A stretch of 64,000 bases of DNA from an uncultured Clostridia bacterium (lineage in GTDB: Bacteria; Bacillota; Clostridia; Christensenellales; Aristaeellaceae), in the NCBI GenBank assembly GCA_946627565.1, contig CAMOVR010000002.1:16854-80853 (forward strand). Direction: 5' to 3'. A program made the position numbers and the translations under genes. This document shows, in pieces, positions 26,298 to 36,004 of the stretch (the stretch's first letter is position 1; every line of letters begins with the position of its first letter). The notes under the pieces are model-generated. The model was not told where the DNA came from. It saw only the letters and a program-made list of their open reading frames with translations, and did not search any database.

Positions 26298-27926
26298 TCA
26301 GGTGGCGTCTTCAAGGGAACGGGTATCAGCTGTATCCTGGGATTTTGACAGGAGAAAGAGCCTGTGCAGACGGCCGGTGTCTGCCTGGGGTTCAGGGTCC
26401 AGAAGACGGAGGACCGGTTTGCCGCCGCGGAGCGGCTTTTCCTCTTTTCCTTCTGCTCTGTTTTTCGCCGCCTTGTCTATTCCTTTATCTTTCTTTGCTT
26501 TCTGCTTTTTCTCCCGCTTCTTCTTTTCCTTCCCTTTCTTTCCGTCCTTTCCGGAATCAGCCTTTTTCTGTTCCCGGTTTTCAGGGGCAGCTGTCCGGGT
26601 GCCCGCTTCGCCCTTTTTTGCGGGAGAGGCATTCTGCACCTGAACCGGTTCCATGACCGCGGCCTTTTTGGCACCGCCTGTCTTGGTACTGTTCATTTTC
26701 ACGGAGGGAAGGGGTTCCGGCAGGGCATCCGGGTGGATGGCGCCGGAATGGACCAGAGCGTACTTGGCGCTCATGGGGCCGATCATTTCATAGAGCACGG
26801 AGGAGGAAAGAATGATGGTGTTGATCAGCATGCCGGATTCAGGGGGAAGGATGCGCTGCGCCAGAACAGCAAGACCTATGCTGACACCGGCCTGGGGAAT
26901 CAGGGCCAGGCCCAGGTATCTCTGGACCTCCGGCGGGGACTTGATGAGCCGGCAGCCCAGGAATGCCCCCAGGTACTTGCCGATGATGCGGATGGCAAAA
27001 TAGCTCACCCCTATGATGCCCACGGTCTGAAGGGCCCCGATGTTCAGCCGCATGCCGGAGAGAACGAAAAACAGCATGCTGATGGGCGGGGAGACACGGT
27101 TGACCTGTTTGAACAGTGCCTTGTCATCCGTGACATTGATATAGGTGGCACCCAGCATCATGCACCCCAGCAGAGGGGAGACGTTCAGCATGGCGCAGCC
27201 GCCGGCAATGGCGAAAATAAAGGCACAGGTCAGGACGATGCGATGGTCCGGGCTCCTGCCCCGCAGGGCAACGCACAGAAGACGGCCCAGAATATAGGAG
27301 ACCAGCAGAACTCCCAGGTTCTGCGCCAGAGGGAGGACCATCTGCTGCCAGCCGCTGGCCGTACCTTCGGTACTTGCCGCAATGGCAGCGGAGACAGAGA
27401 AGGCCATGAGGGCGACGGCATCATCCAGTGCCACCACCTGGATCAGGGTGTTGACGAAGGGACCCTTGGCATGGTACTGGCGGATGGTCATGAGGGAGGA
27501 AGCAGGCGCCGTGGCGGAGCCGATGGCGCCGAGAAGCAGGGACGTGGAGAGGGGAAGACGGAACACGGTGAGCATCAGGACCGTCACCAGCACCGCGGCG
27601 GTCATGGCTTCCATAAAGGTCAGCAGAATGACCCGTTTCCCCTCGTTGCGAAGGGTTTCCAGACGCAGGTACCGGCCCACGCCGAAGGCGATGAGGGCCA
27701 GGGCAGCATCCGTGACAAAGGACATATGGCTGGCAATGTCCGGGGGAATCAGGTTGAGCCCGTATGGCCCGATGGCCACGCCTGCAAGAATGTACCCGGT
27801 GACATTGGGCAGGGAAAAGATCTTGGAAACACGTGACATGAGGAAGCCTGCGAGCCAGAGAATGGAGATGGCCAGCAGGGCCTGCGCCTCCAGGGAAAGT
27901 GAAGAAATAAACTGGGAAATCTGCAT
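26298..27926 (-). CDS. cation:proton antiporter (CPA2/Kef-type membrane domain) with Lys-rich C-terminal tail
   Basis: ATG at 27926 (MQISQFISSLSLEAQALL..LPNVTGYILAGVAIGP..). About 12 TM helices. The last ~140 aa are K/E/A/G-rich (..KKGKEKKKREKKQKAKKDKG..). The ORF extension to 28223 crosses the predicted promoter. Confidence 0.85.
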   Translation of the reverse strand: MQISQFISSLSLEAQALLAISILWLAGFLMSRVSKIFSLPNVTGYILAGVAIGPYGLNLIPPDIASHMSFVTDAALALIAFGVGRYLRLETLRNEGKRVILLTFMEAMTAAVLVTVLMLTVFRLPLSTSLLLGAIGSATAPASSLMTIRQYHAKGPFVNTLIQVVALDDAVALMAFSVSAAIAASTEGTASGWQQMVLPLAQNLGVLLVSYILGRLLCVALRGRSPDHRIVLTCAFIFAIAGGCAMLNVSPLLGCMMLGATYINVTDDKALFKQVNRVSPPISMLFFVLSGMRLNIGALQTVGIIGVSYFAIRIIGKYLGAFLGCRLIKSPPEVQRYLGLALIPQAGVSIGLAVLAQRILPPESGMLINTIILSSSVLYEMIGPMSAKYALVHSGAIHPDALPEPLPSVKMNSTKTGGAKKAAVMEPVQVQNASPAKKGEAGTRTAAPENREQKKADSGKDGKKGKEKKKREKKQKAKKDKGIDKAAKNRAEGKEEKPLRGGKPVLRLLDPEPQADTGRLHRLFLLSKSQDTADTRSLEDAT

Positions 27927-28037
27927 GGTTTCACCGCCTTGCGCCGGAGATTTTAACCGGAAGCAGAAAAGGGAAAAAACAAAAAAGCAGACGTTGTTTC
28001 TGCCTGTATGCTGCATCCGGACCCTGGTCTGTTTCTG

Positions 28038-28066
28038 ATTATAGCGCCTGAAACGGGCAAATGCAA
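28038..28066 (-). promoter_or_regulatory. sigma-A-type promoter for the antiporter gene
   Basis: On the minus strand: TTGCAT - 17 nt - TATAAT, about 110 nt upstream of the ATG at 27926. Confidence 0.5.
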
Positions 28067-28126
28067 TCCGCAGCGGGCGGAAAGCAAGGAGTGAAGCGGC
28101 ATCGTAAGAAGCGCCTGAAAAGGTAT

Positions 28127-28155
28127 TTGTCAATCTTCGCCCTTGCGTGTAAGAT
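28127..28155 (+). promoter_or_regulatory. sigma-A-type promoter for the large LRR surface-protein gene
   Basis: TTGTCA - 17 nt - TAAGAT, about 85 nt upstream of the ATG at 28244. Confidence 0.5.
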
Positions 28156-28243
28156 ATACGCTGTCTTTGGACATCAGCCTGAAAGCAGTATGAAGCTGTA
28201 AACGATAAAGCAGAAAAAAGCAAGACAATTGGAGGATAAGAAA

Positions 28244-31200
28244 ATGACAGGACAGAATAACCGCCAGCGGAGAATACGGGTATACCTGCTCTGTCTGGCC
28301 GTTCTGTTTGTGTCCGCCATACAGGGCATTTCCGGCGCAGAGTCCGGGCGTGTGCCTGTCATTACTGTGGAAAACCAGATCGGACAGATCGAAGAAGATC
28401 CGGGTTTTCAGGGTTTCAATCCGGAAGATACAGAAATCGCAGTGCCTGCTGCAGCCGGAGGGGACCTGGTCACAGCGTATGTGGAAAGGACCATGAAGGA
28501 AGTCCGGCCGGGCAGAGCCTCCAGGAGCCCCCGCAATGTGGGCGACAGGCTCAGCGATACAGAAAAGAAGCTGTATAACGCCCTGAGGGAGGCCGTTTCG
28601 AAGGTGGCCGCCGGCGAGAGCACGTCCACGGTCTTTACCTTTGCATGCACGGATATCCTGGACAAGGTGGAATTTACCGCGGAGGATCTGGGCCTGGAAA
28701 CCCTGGCCGAGGTGATTGTGGACGTGGACGACGCGGGATCGCCGACGGTGCGGGAACAGCTGACAGAGGAAGCCAGAAATGCCCTGATGGACATCATCAA
28801 GTCTGTCAATGTGGTCCGGGTGGTCAATGCGCTGTTTGCCGACTGCCCCTATGAACTGTACTGGCAGAACAAGGAATACAGCATCCAGGTGCAGTTCCCA
28901 AGCATTGCAAGGCGCACGGAAGCCGGCACCACCAAGTCGGCCCTGATCCGCAACAGTTACAAGCTGTCCTTTGCCGTGTCCCTGAATTACGCCCCTGCCG
29001 GATCCACATCCCCTGCATATGTGGTGGATGCATCCTACGGACAGAGCGCTGCCCAGGCTGTGGAAAACGCCAGAGCGATTCTGGATACCTATGCTTCCTG
29101 CAGCGATATGGAGAAAATCAAGGGGTACTTTACCGAGATCCTGAACCGGACTTCATATGATTACAATGCATCCGCAGGCGCTGCGTACGGGAACCCCTGG
29201 CAGATGATCTGGGTGTTTGACGATGACACCACCAACAAGGTGGTCTGCGAAGGATATGCCAAGGCTTTTCAGTTCCTGTGCGACAATACGGTGTTTGATA
29301 CCCCGGACCTGACCGTCATCTCGCCCACAGGCACCCTGCGGGTGGATACCCGCAGCAGTGAAGCCCATATGTGGAATGTCGTCACCCTGAACGGCCGGAA
29401 CTATCTCATGGACGTGACCAACTGCGATGAGGGAACCATAGGAACCCCGAACCTGCTGTACATGCGCGGGTTTACAAGCGGCAGTGTCTCGGAGGGGTAC
29501 CGGTTTGCCTGCAAGGGCTCCACACTGCTGTACACCTACGATGCCACCAGTATGTCCCTCTATAACGAGGACGAACTGGAAATGAGCGATCTGTGGCTCC
29601 TGGACCGGGGAAACCTGACGGATACCATCCAGTATGAGCTTACCAGGACCCAGGCGGATGCCATTGTGCTGACACTGACAGGCAGCGGCCGGATTCCCGC
29701 CAGGGATGACGGGTATCCCTGGGAGGACAGAGTCGGGAGCATTACCCTGTGCGTGTTGGGCGAGGGCATCACCGGGATCGGGGAAGGCATGTTCAAAGGC
29801 GGCGGCCTGAGAGAAATTCAGCTCCCGGACTCGCTGCTCAGCATTGGCGCGGAAGCCTTTTCCGGGGCATCCAGTCTCAGGACCATCACCCTTCCGGCGG
29901 GCCTTAAGGACATAGGGGAAAAAGCTTTCTATGACACAGGCAGCCTCAGGGATCTGGAGATTCCCGCAGGCATTGAAACCATAGGGGAGGGGGCCTTCTG
30001 GCGGTCCGCCGCCAGACTCACCCTTTCGGGAGAAAACCCGGTATACAGCTGTGCAGACGGTCTTCTGATCAATCAGGATACCATGACGGTACTGCGGGGC
30101 AACGCAGAGACCCTTATTGTCCCGGAGGGGATTGTCAGTACAGAGGACGGTGCCTTCCAGAAAACCGACGTGAAAACCATCCAGCTTCCCTCAACCCTGA
30201 TCGTTTTGCCCGCCGAGGCCTTTGCCGGATGCAGTCTGCTCAGACAGGTGACGTTTGCGGAAGGGCTGGAGGAGATCGGGGAAGCAGCCTTTAAGAATAC
30301 CATGCTGACAGGCAGTCTGGTAATCCCCGCGAGCGTGAAGAAAATCGGGGCAGGGGCCTTTGAAGGCACCCGGCTGACGGACATTTCCTTCCCCGGAACG
30401 GAGACGGAGGTAACCGGCAGCATCACCGGTGAAACCGGGGCCGTCCTGAAGGCCTCTGTGAACAGCCTGACGGCAAAAAGCCTGTCGCATTTCCATGAAC
30501 GCTTTACGGACAGGGAAAATGAGAACATGCAGTATGTCTGGGCTTTCCGCGAAAGCGGGGAAAACTGGACGGAAGCATATGAGACCGCAGCCGCAGACCC
30601 GGATGCGCAGTGGCTGGTCCTCCTTGCATGCAGCGCTTCGGGAAAGGCTGAAATCCCCTCCGGCGTTAATGTGATCGGCGAAAAGGCACTGTACGGAAAC
30701 GCAGCGGTCACGGAGATTGCCTTCCCGGATACACTCCGGGTCATTGGCACCAGTGCCTGCGAAAATATGACGAAACTCACGGAAGTCTCCCTGCCGGATG
30801 GAACGCGGGTCCTGGGTGACCGTGCCTTTGCCGGCTGTACCGCGCTTGAGACAGTCCTGCTGCCGGAGAACCTGGCGGTCGTGGGCGACGGGGTGCTGCA
30901 GGGGTCCCTGAAGGTGGATAGCATCACGCTGCCGGATCATCTCACGGCCGTAGGCAGCTCCCTGCTCACTTCAGCGGAACAGCTGGTATATGCCCGTCCG
31001 GATTCGGATACGGCCCGGGCCCTTGGCGGTCTCAGTTTCTTTGTGGACAGGGACCATCCGGAATACCGCTACCGCTGGCTTAACGAGGGTACCACGGTTC
31101 AGCTGTCGGATACGGAAAGCCGTGAGGTGGAAGCGGAAGGGCTGGAACTGGCCCTGTACACCGGCAATGAAACCCGTGTCAGCCTGGCAGAGGGCTGTGT

Positions 31201-33916
31201 CAGTATCGGAGCGCAGGCATTCTGCTGGAGGGATCAGGAAACCGGAGCCTGGAAGAAAAACAGCACCCTTCAGGAGCTGGTCTGTCCGGAAGGGATGAAG
31301 GCCATAGGGGCGTATGCCCTCTACGGAGCGGGAGCCCTTAAGAAACTGACATTTTCGGGGGACCTTAACTGCGTCGGCATGTATGCCTTTTCAGGCTGCC
31401 CTCTCACGGATATGTCAGATGCCTCATCTGTTGCATATTTTGGTACAAATGCCTTTTCAGACACATTGCTTGCGTCTGTAAGCGTCGGTCCGGACGCGGC
31501 TTTCGGACAGGAAGCGTTTACGCTGCCTGCAAGAATCACGACGCAGCTGGACAGCAGCCTGTCCGCCAGCCTGTCCGGGGCCGGCATCCCCTTCTATGTG
31601 GAGGAGCCGGCGGAACTTAAGGACTGTGCTCTGCTGTATCTGGATGCGGCGGAAGGCACGGGGGATCTGTGCCTGGCTGCCTATACCGGTGCGGCGGCGT
31701 TTATCACGGTGCCCGAGCGGCTTAAGGATGTGCTGGACAAGGCAGATACGGGGGATGCACGCCTCATCTGTGACCCGGACAGCGATATGGCCAGAAACAT
31801 CAGCGGAAAACAGAAGGCCGATGGGACACCGCAGGGCTTTACCACGGGACAGACGGATCTGTTTGACTACCGCTGGCAGGGAGATGCGCTGCAGCTGATC
31901 CGGTATACCGGTTCGGAAGAAGTTATAACGGAACTCCCGGAGATCGCAGATACGCTGCTGGGGTGCAGCCTGGACGGCAGGACCCTGGTGCTGGAAGCTT
32001 CCTCCCACGGTGCACAGCTGCTGAAAAACACCGGCTATGCCTTCCTTGACCCCACGGACCGCGGTCTTTCCATGAACTGGCAGGACGGCAAACTGGTGCT
32101 TCATACATATACGGGCACGGCATCTTCCGTCAGGGTACCTGACGGGGTGGAAAAGATTGCAGAAGGGGCATTCAAGGATCATACAGGCCTTACGGAAGTC
32201 CTGCTGCCGGACACCCTTGCGGAGATCGGTGATCAGGCCTTCCTGAACACCGGCCTGTCTGAACTGAAGGTGCCGGATGGTGTAACCGCCCTGGGCAGCC
32301 GGGTCCTGAGCGCAGGAAAGCTTTATCTGCCGGACAGCATGGTCTCCCTGGGGGATCAGACAGATCTTACTTATGAACAGTATATGATTCATGCCGGCTC
32401 TGCCACCGCCATACTGCGGGGCGGGGAAAACGGGAAAGATGCGTGGGAGAAGGCCGCCTTCCGGGATCCGGATGACGGAAACCTGTATGCATGGCTGGAC
32501 GGGAAGCTCTATCTTCTTCAGGCAGTCAGCGGCACGTCGCTTCGCAGCGATCTGTACGGCATGCTGGACCATACCCTGACGGGCATTGCAGGCACTGTTC
32601 TGGTGCTGCCCGACACCTTCCGGGATTTCTGGGTACAGGAAGGGAACAGCTTCTTTGAAGGCCCGGTTGAAACCGTGGTCTTCCCGGATGGCCTGACGGT
32701 GATTCCGAAAAATACCGCCGGAAGCTGCACGGATCTTAAGACGGTGGTGATTCCCGCCTCTGTGACAGACATCCATGATGAAGCCTTCAGCGGAAGTCTT
32801 GCCACCGTGTACGGATACAGGGATACGGAAGCGGAAGCCTTTGCCGGGCGCCTGGGTCTTACGTTTGTGGAAATGGACGGGGATCTGGAGGATGACATCG
32901 TTCTTGCGGCCGCAAGCGAGCTTCTTTTGCTTCATGTGGACGAGGAAATCCCGCTTAAGGATACCGTAACCATGGAATCCGAAATCCTGGTGGATGTGTC
33001 CCTCTCTGCGGAGACGGACGGCACAGGCATTCTCACGGCGGAGGACGGCAGGCTGAAAGGCATTAAGCCGGGAAGCGGACAGGCCAGTGTCTATGTAACG
33101 GACCATAAGGGCACAGCGGTGACCATCCGGGTCAAGGTGCTGAACAACGTTGCGGATTTCGGTGTGCCGGAGAATGCCTATGTGGATATCGCTGCCGGCG
33201 GGGCCGATTTTGAGATTGCGTACATGGAGCCCGAAGATGCGGATTCTGACTTTGTCTGGACCCTTTCTGAGCAGACAAAGACAGGCAGACAGGTCTGGCT
33301 GGATGTCACGGAGAAAGGCACGGAAACCGTAAAGGTCACAAGCCATAACGGCATCGTCAGGGAGTTTGCCGTCACAGGGTATGAAACCCTGGGCAGGCTC
33401 AACATGACCTGCGCCTCTTCCCTGAAAACGGGCCAGGCAGCAGATGTACAGGTACAGCTTGAGGTGGACGGCACGTTCGCGGACAATCCCGCGCAGCTGT
33501 ACACCCTCTCAAGCAGCGATGAAAGAGTTGTGTCTGTGGAAGATGGCCGCCTGATCGCTGTCAGTGCGGGAAGCGCCGTGATCACGGCACGGCACCTGCA
33601 GGGCGGTGAAACGCAGGTCACACTTACCGTGACGGATCCTCTTGAAGTGAAGCTGCCGGGGAGCCTCAAGGAAATCGGCGAGGAAGCTTTCATTGGGATA
33701 CACGCGGAAAAGGTTGTGGTACCCTCAGGTACGGAACGTATCGCCAGCCGTGCCTTTGCAGAGTCGGATATCCTGCTGGTGGAGATTCCCGCCAGCGTAA
33801 AGGAGATTGCCGAGGATGCCTTTGAAAATGCCCTCAGCATCCGGATCCTGTGCCCTGCTGGAAGCACGGCGGAAACATACGCCAGAAGCCACGGAATGGA
33901 CGTGGGCCTGAAGTAA
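28244..33916 (+). CDS. giant secreted BspA-type leucine-rich-repeat protein with N-terminal transglutaminase-like Cys protease-fold domain and Big_2 Ig-like domains
   Basis: ATG at 28244, 8 nt after GGAGGA, followed by a signal-like segment VYLLCLAVLFVSAIQGISGAES. Cys-His-Asp triad context VVCEGYAKAFQFLCD / EAHMWNVVTLNGRNYLMDVT (about 29246-29413). Many ..IGE.AF....L..I.LP..L..IG..AF.. repeats. Two Ig-like segments (..GIKPGSGQASVYVTDHKG.., ..LIAVSAGSAVITARH..) precede a final LRR block. Confidence 0.85.
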   Translation: MTGQNNRQRRIRVYLLCLAVLFVSAIQGISGAESGRVPVITVENQIGQIEEDPGFQGFNPEDTEIAVPAAAGGDLVTAYVERTMKEVRPGRASRSPRNVGDRLSDTEKKLYNALREAVSKVAAGESTSTVFTFACTDILDKVEFTAEDLGLETLAEVIVDVDDAGSPTVREQLTEEARNALMDIIKSVNVVRVVNALFADCPYELYWQNKEYSIQVQFPSIARRTEAGTTKSALIRNSYKLSFAVSLNYAPAGSTSPAYVVDASYGQSAAQAVENARAILDTYASCSDMEKIKGYFTEILNRTSYDYNASAGAAYGNPWQMIWVFDDDTTNKVVCEGYAKAFQFLCDNTVFDTPDLTVISPTGTLRVDTRSSEAHMWNVVTLNGRNYLMDVTNCDEGTIGTPNLLYMRGFTSGSVSEGYRFACKGSTLLYTYDATSMSLYNEDELEMSDLWLLDRGNLTDTIQYELTRTQADAIVLTLTGSGRIPARDDGYPWEDRVGSITLCVLGEGITGIGEGMFKGGGLREIQLPDSLLSIGAEAFSGASSLRTITLPAGLKDIGEKAFYDTGSLRDLEIPAGIETIGEGAFWRSAARLTLSGENPVYSCADGLLINQDTMTVLRGNAETLIVPEGIVSTEDGAFQKTDVKTIQLPSTLIVLPAEAFAGCSLLRQVTFAEGLEEIGEAAFKNTMLTGSLVIPASVKKIGAGAFEGTRLTDISFPGTETEVTGSITGETGAVLKASVNSLTAKSLSHFHERFTDRENENMQYVWAFRESGENWTEAYETAAADPDAQWLVLLACSASGKAEIPSGVNVIGEKALYGNAAVTEIAFPDTLRVIGTSACENMTKLTEVSLPDGTRVLGDRAFAGCTALETVLLPENLAVVGDGVLQGSLKVDSITLPDHLTAVGSSLLTSAEQLVYARPDSDTARALGGLSFFVDRDHPEYRYRWLNEGTTVQLSDTESREVEAEGLELALYTGNETRVSLAEGCVSIGAQAFCWRDQETGAWKKNSTLQELVCPEGMKAIGAYALYGAGALKKLTFSGDLNCVGMYAFSGCPLTDMSDASSVAYFGTNAFSDTLLASVSVGPDAAFGQEAFTLPARITTQLDSSLSASLSGAGIPFYVEEPAELKDCALLYLDAAEGTGDLCLAAYTGAAAFITVPERLKDVLDKADTGDARLICDPDSDMARNISGKQKADGTPQGFTTGQTDLFDYRWQGDALQLIRYTGSEEVITELPEIADTLLGCSLDGRTLVLEASSHGAQLLKNTGYAFLDPTDRGLSMNWQDGKLVLHTYTGTASSVRVPDGVEKIAEGAFKDHTGLTEVLLPDTLAEIGDQAFLNTGLSELKVPDGVTALGSRVLSAGKLYLPDSMVSLGDQTDLTYEQYMIHAGSATAILRGGENGKDAWEKAAFRDPDDGNLYAWLDGKLYLLQAVSGTSLRSDLYGMLDHTLTGIAGTVLVLPDTFRDFWVQEGNSFFEGPVETVVFPDGLTVIPKNTAGSCTDLKTVVIPASVTDIHDEAFSGSLATVYGYRDTEAEAFAGRLGLTFVEMDGDLEDDIVLAAASELLLLHVDEEIPLKDTVTMESEILVDVSLSAETDGTGILTAEDGRLKGIKPGSGQASVYVTDHKGTAVTIRVKVLNNVADFGVPENAYVDIAAGGADFEIAYMEPEDADSDFVWTLSEQTKTGRQVWLDVTEKGTETVKVTSHNGIVREFAVTGYETLGRLNMTCASSLKTGQAADVQVQLEVDGTFADNPAQLYTLSSSDERVVSVEDGRLIAVSAGSAVITARHLQGGETQVTLTVTDPLEVKLPGSLKEIGEEAFIGIHAEKVVVPSGTERIASRAFAESDILLVEIPASVKEIAEDAFENALSIRILCPAGSTAETYARSHGMDVGLK

Positions 33917-33952
33917 GGCACGGCAAAAGAAAAAACAAACGGGAGAAACGAT

Positions 33953-34846
33953 ATGGGTTACCTCTATCTGATGTGCGTGGCGCTGCTGTTCAGTTTTGGC
34001 GGCAGCTGTGTCCGGATGATCCGTCCCTTCTTTTCTCCTGAGATGATCACCTTTCTGCGCTTTGCGGTGGGGGTTTGCTGGCTGCTTCTGCTCAAGGCTG
34101 TGAAACGGCAGCCTTTCAGGGGAGATTTCCGGCAGGCTTTCCGCCGTGGCTGGAAATGGCTCCTGTTCGGGGCCATGGCCAAGTGGGCTGCCTACCTGAC
34201 GGAAAATACCGCGTTGTCCATAGGTGTATCATACGGAAACATCCTGACCCAGCCGTCGCAGATGATCCTGCTGACGGTGCTTGGGGCTGTCACGCTGCAC
34301 GAGGCGCTGACCCGGGGCGAAATCCTGGGGGTGGTGTTCTGCGCCTGCGGCATTGTCCTGATTTCCTGGAACGGCCTGCCTCTGGAAACATTCCTGTCAG
34401 GCAGCCTGTACCTGACGCTGCTCTATGTGCTCTCAGGCTGCTGCGCCGGCCTGTTTGTGTACGCCCAGAAACGGGTGGAACATGACTTTGATATCCTGGA
34501 CAGCAACCTGGTGATGTTTTTTGCCGCAGCCGTCCTGTCCTTCATAACGCCCGTATCCCAGGGCAGGGTACTCCCCGCATCCGCGCCGGATCTGTACTGC
34601 ATCCTTGCCATTGTTTTCTACGGCTTTGTGACGGGCATCGGTTTTTATCTCAATGCCAAGGCCATCCCCCTGGTACCGTTCCATATGGTGGCCCTGCTGC
34701 AGAGCACCATGGTCTTCTTTGCCCTGGCCTGGGGCATCCTGTTTTTCCGCGAAACGGTTACGGTCTGGATTATACTGGGCACCCTGCTGTTTGTGCTGGG
34801 AACGGTACTGCAGCGCCAGCCCGGGAAGAAAACCCGGAACGGATGA
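33953..34846 (+). CDS. DMT-superfamily (EamA-like) transporter
   Basis: 297 aa with about 10 TM helices and a duplicated EamA-like architecture. RBS GGGAGA. Confidence 0.75.
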   Translation: MGYLYLMCVALLFSFGGSCVRMIRPFFSPEMITFLRFAVGVCWLLLLKAVKRQPFRGDFRQAFRRGWKWLLFGAMAKWAAYLTENTALSIGVSYGNILTQPSQMILLTVLGAVTLHEALTRGEILGVVFCACGIVLISWNGLPLETFLSGSLYLTLLYVLSGCCAGLFVYAQKRVEHDFDILDSNLVMFFAAAVLSFITPVSQGRVLPASAPDLYCILAIVFYGFVTGIGFYLNAKAIPLVPFHMVALLQSTMVFFALAWGILFFRETVTVWIILGTLLFVLGTVLQRQPGKKTRNG

Positions 34847-34896
34847 GGATGGAAATAAAACAACATGGAAAGGAACAAAGAGATCATCTTTCTTGC

Positions 34897-34924
34897 TTGA
34901 CGTGATTTCCAGACTGAATATAAT
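34897..34924 (+). promoter_or_regulatory. sigma-A-type promoter for the hydrolase/STAS genes
   Basis: TTGACG - 16 nt - TATAAT, about 65 nt upstream of the ATG at 34990. Confidence 0.55.
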
Positions 34925-34989
34925 GCATACAGGCGGAGAATGCTTCTCTGCATCACCGCCGGATCCGTGAAGACAGGGAGCAGGGTGTC

Positions 34990-35673
34990 ATGGGAATGGA
35001 CCATGTACAGACAAACGGTATCCGTCTGGCCTATGAAAAACGGGGCAGTGGCTATCCGCTGGTACTGGTCCATGGCAACGGTGAGGACCATCATCTGTTT
35101 GACACCCAGATTCGCCAGATGTCAGAAGCCGGGTACTGCGTATACGCCCTGGATTCCAGGGGGCATGGAGAGAGCAGCCCGGTGAGGGAGTACCATTATG
35201 AGCAGATGGCGGAGGATGTCTTTCAGTTTGTCAGGGCTATGGGATTGAAGGCGCCTGCCTATTACGGACACAGCGACGGAGGCATCATCGGACTGATAAC
35301 AGAACTCCGCCATCCGGAAACCTTCTGCGCCATGGCGGTCAGCGGTGCGAATCTTTCACCTTCCGGTCTGGACCCTGCATTTGTCAGGGAATGTGAAGCC
35401 ATGCAGAAGAACCGGCCGGATCCCCTGATTGCCCTCATGCTGACAGAGCCTGAGATTGATCCGGAAGAACTCCGGCATATCTCCATCCCTGTGCTGGTTA
35501 CCTGCGGGGAGCGGGATCTGATTCAGCGGGAGGAGACACTGAGCATTGCCGCGCATTTGCGCAAAGCGGAACTTGTCATTGTTCCGGGTGCAGATCACGG
35601 TAGCTATATTTATCAAAGTGAGCTTATGGGAAACCTGCTGCTCGCATTTCTCAGAAAGCACCTGACTGTGTAG
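34990..35673 (+). CDS. alpha/beta-fold hydrolase
   Basis: 227 aa. Oxyanion region LVLVHGNGEDH, nucleophile elbow YYGHSDGG (GxSxG), and a C-terminal GADHGS His region. Confidence 0.85.
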   Translation: MGMDHVQTNGIRLAYEKRGSGYPLVLVHGNGEDHHLFDTQIRQMSEAGYCVYALDSRGHGESSPVREYHYEQMAEDVFQFVRAMGLKAPAYYGHSDGGIIGLITELRHPETFCAMAVSGANLSPSGLDPAFVRECEAMQKNRPDPLIALMLTEPEIDPEELRHISIPVLVTCGERDLIQREETLSIAAHLRKAELVIVPGADHGSYIYQSELMGNLLLAFLRKHLTV

Positions 35674-35707
35674 GCAACACACAGTAATAAAAGAGGAGGA
35701 AACCATT

Positions 35708-36004
35708 ATGACCATTACCAAGAACCTGAACGGAACGAATCTGCAGATCGCACTGGAGGGCCGTCTGGACACCACCACGGCACCGGAGCTGGAAGCAGAA
35801 CTGAAGGGCTCCCTGGACAGTGCTGACACCCTTGTTCTGGATTTCAGCAAGCTGGACTACATTTCTTCTGCTGGTCTGCGTGTGCTGCTTTCTGCTCACA
35901 AGGTAATGGCCAGAAAGGGCGGCATGAAGGTCACGCACGTCAACGATATCGTGCAGGAAGTTTTCGAAGTGACCGGTTTTGCCGATATCCTGACCATTGA
36001 GTGA
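35708..36004 (+). CDS. STAS-domain protein (anti-sigma-factor-antagonist-like)
   Basis: 98 aa. The SpoIIAA/RsbV-like pattern LVLDFSKLDYISSAGLRVLL contains the conserved Ser. AGGAGGA RBS. Confidence 0.85.
   Translation: MTITKNLNGTNLQIALEGRLDTTTAPELEAELKGSLDSADTLVLDFSKLDYISSAGLRVLLSAHKVMARKGGMKVTHVNDIVQEVFEVTGFADILTIE

Noticed and set aside
26450-26640. Long pyrimidine-rich, quasi-repetitive tract (ttcctttatctttctttgctttctgcttttt...) that looked like a non-coding simple repeat
   Set aside because: It is in frame with the minus-strand antiporter gene and encodes its Lys/Glu-rich tail. It has no direct-repeat/spacer periodicity, so it is not a CRISPR array or a satellite.
27927-28223. N-terminal extension of the antiporter ORF (start at 28223)
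   Set aside because: The extension would read through the predicted promoter and T-tract leader. The first TM helix begins right after the ATG at 27926.
31457-33346. 629-aa minus-strand ORF inside the LRR gene
   Set aside because: It is antisense to a gene with a strong repeat and domain signature. No motifs are recognisable and it has typical antisense composition.
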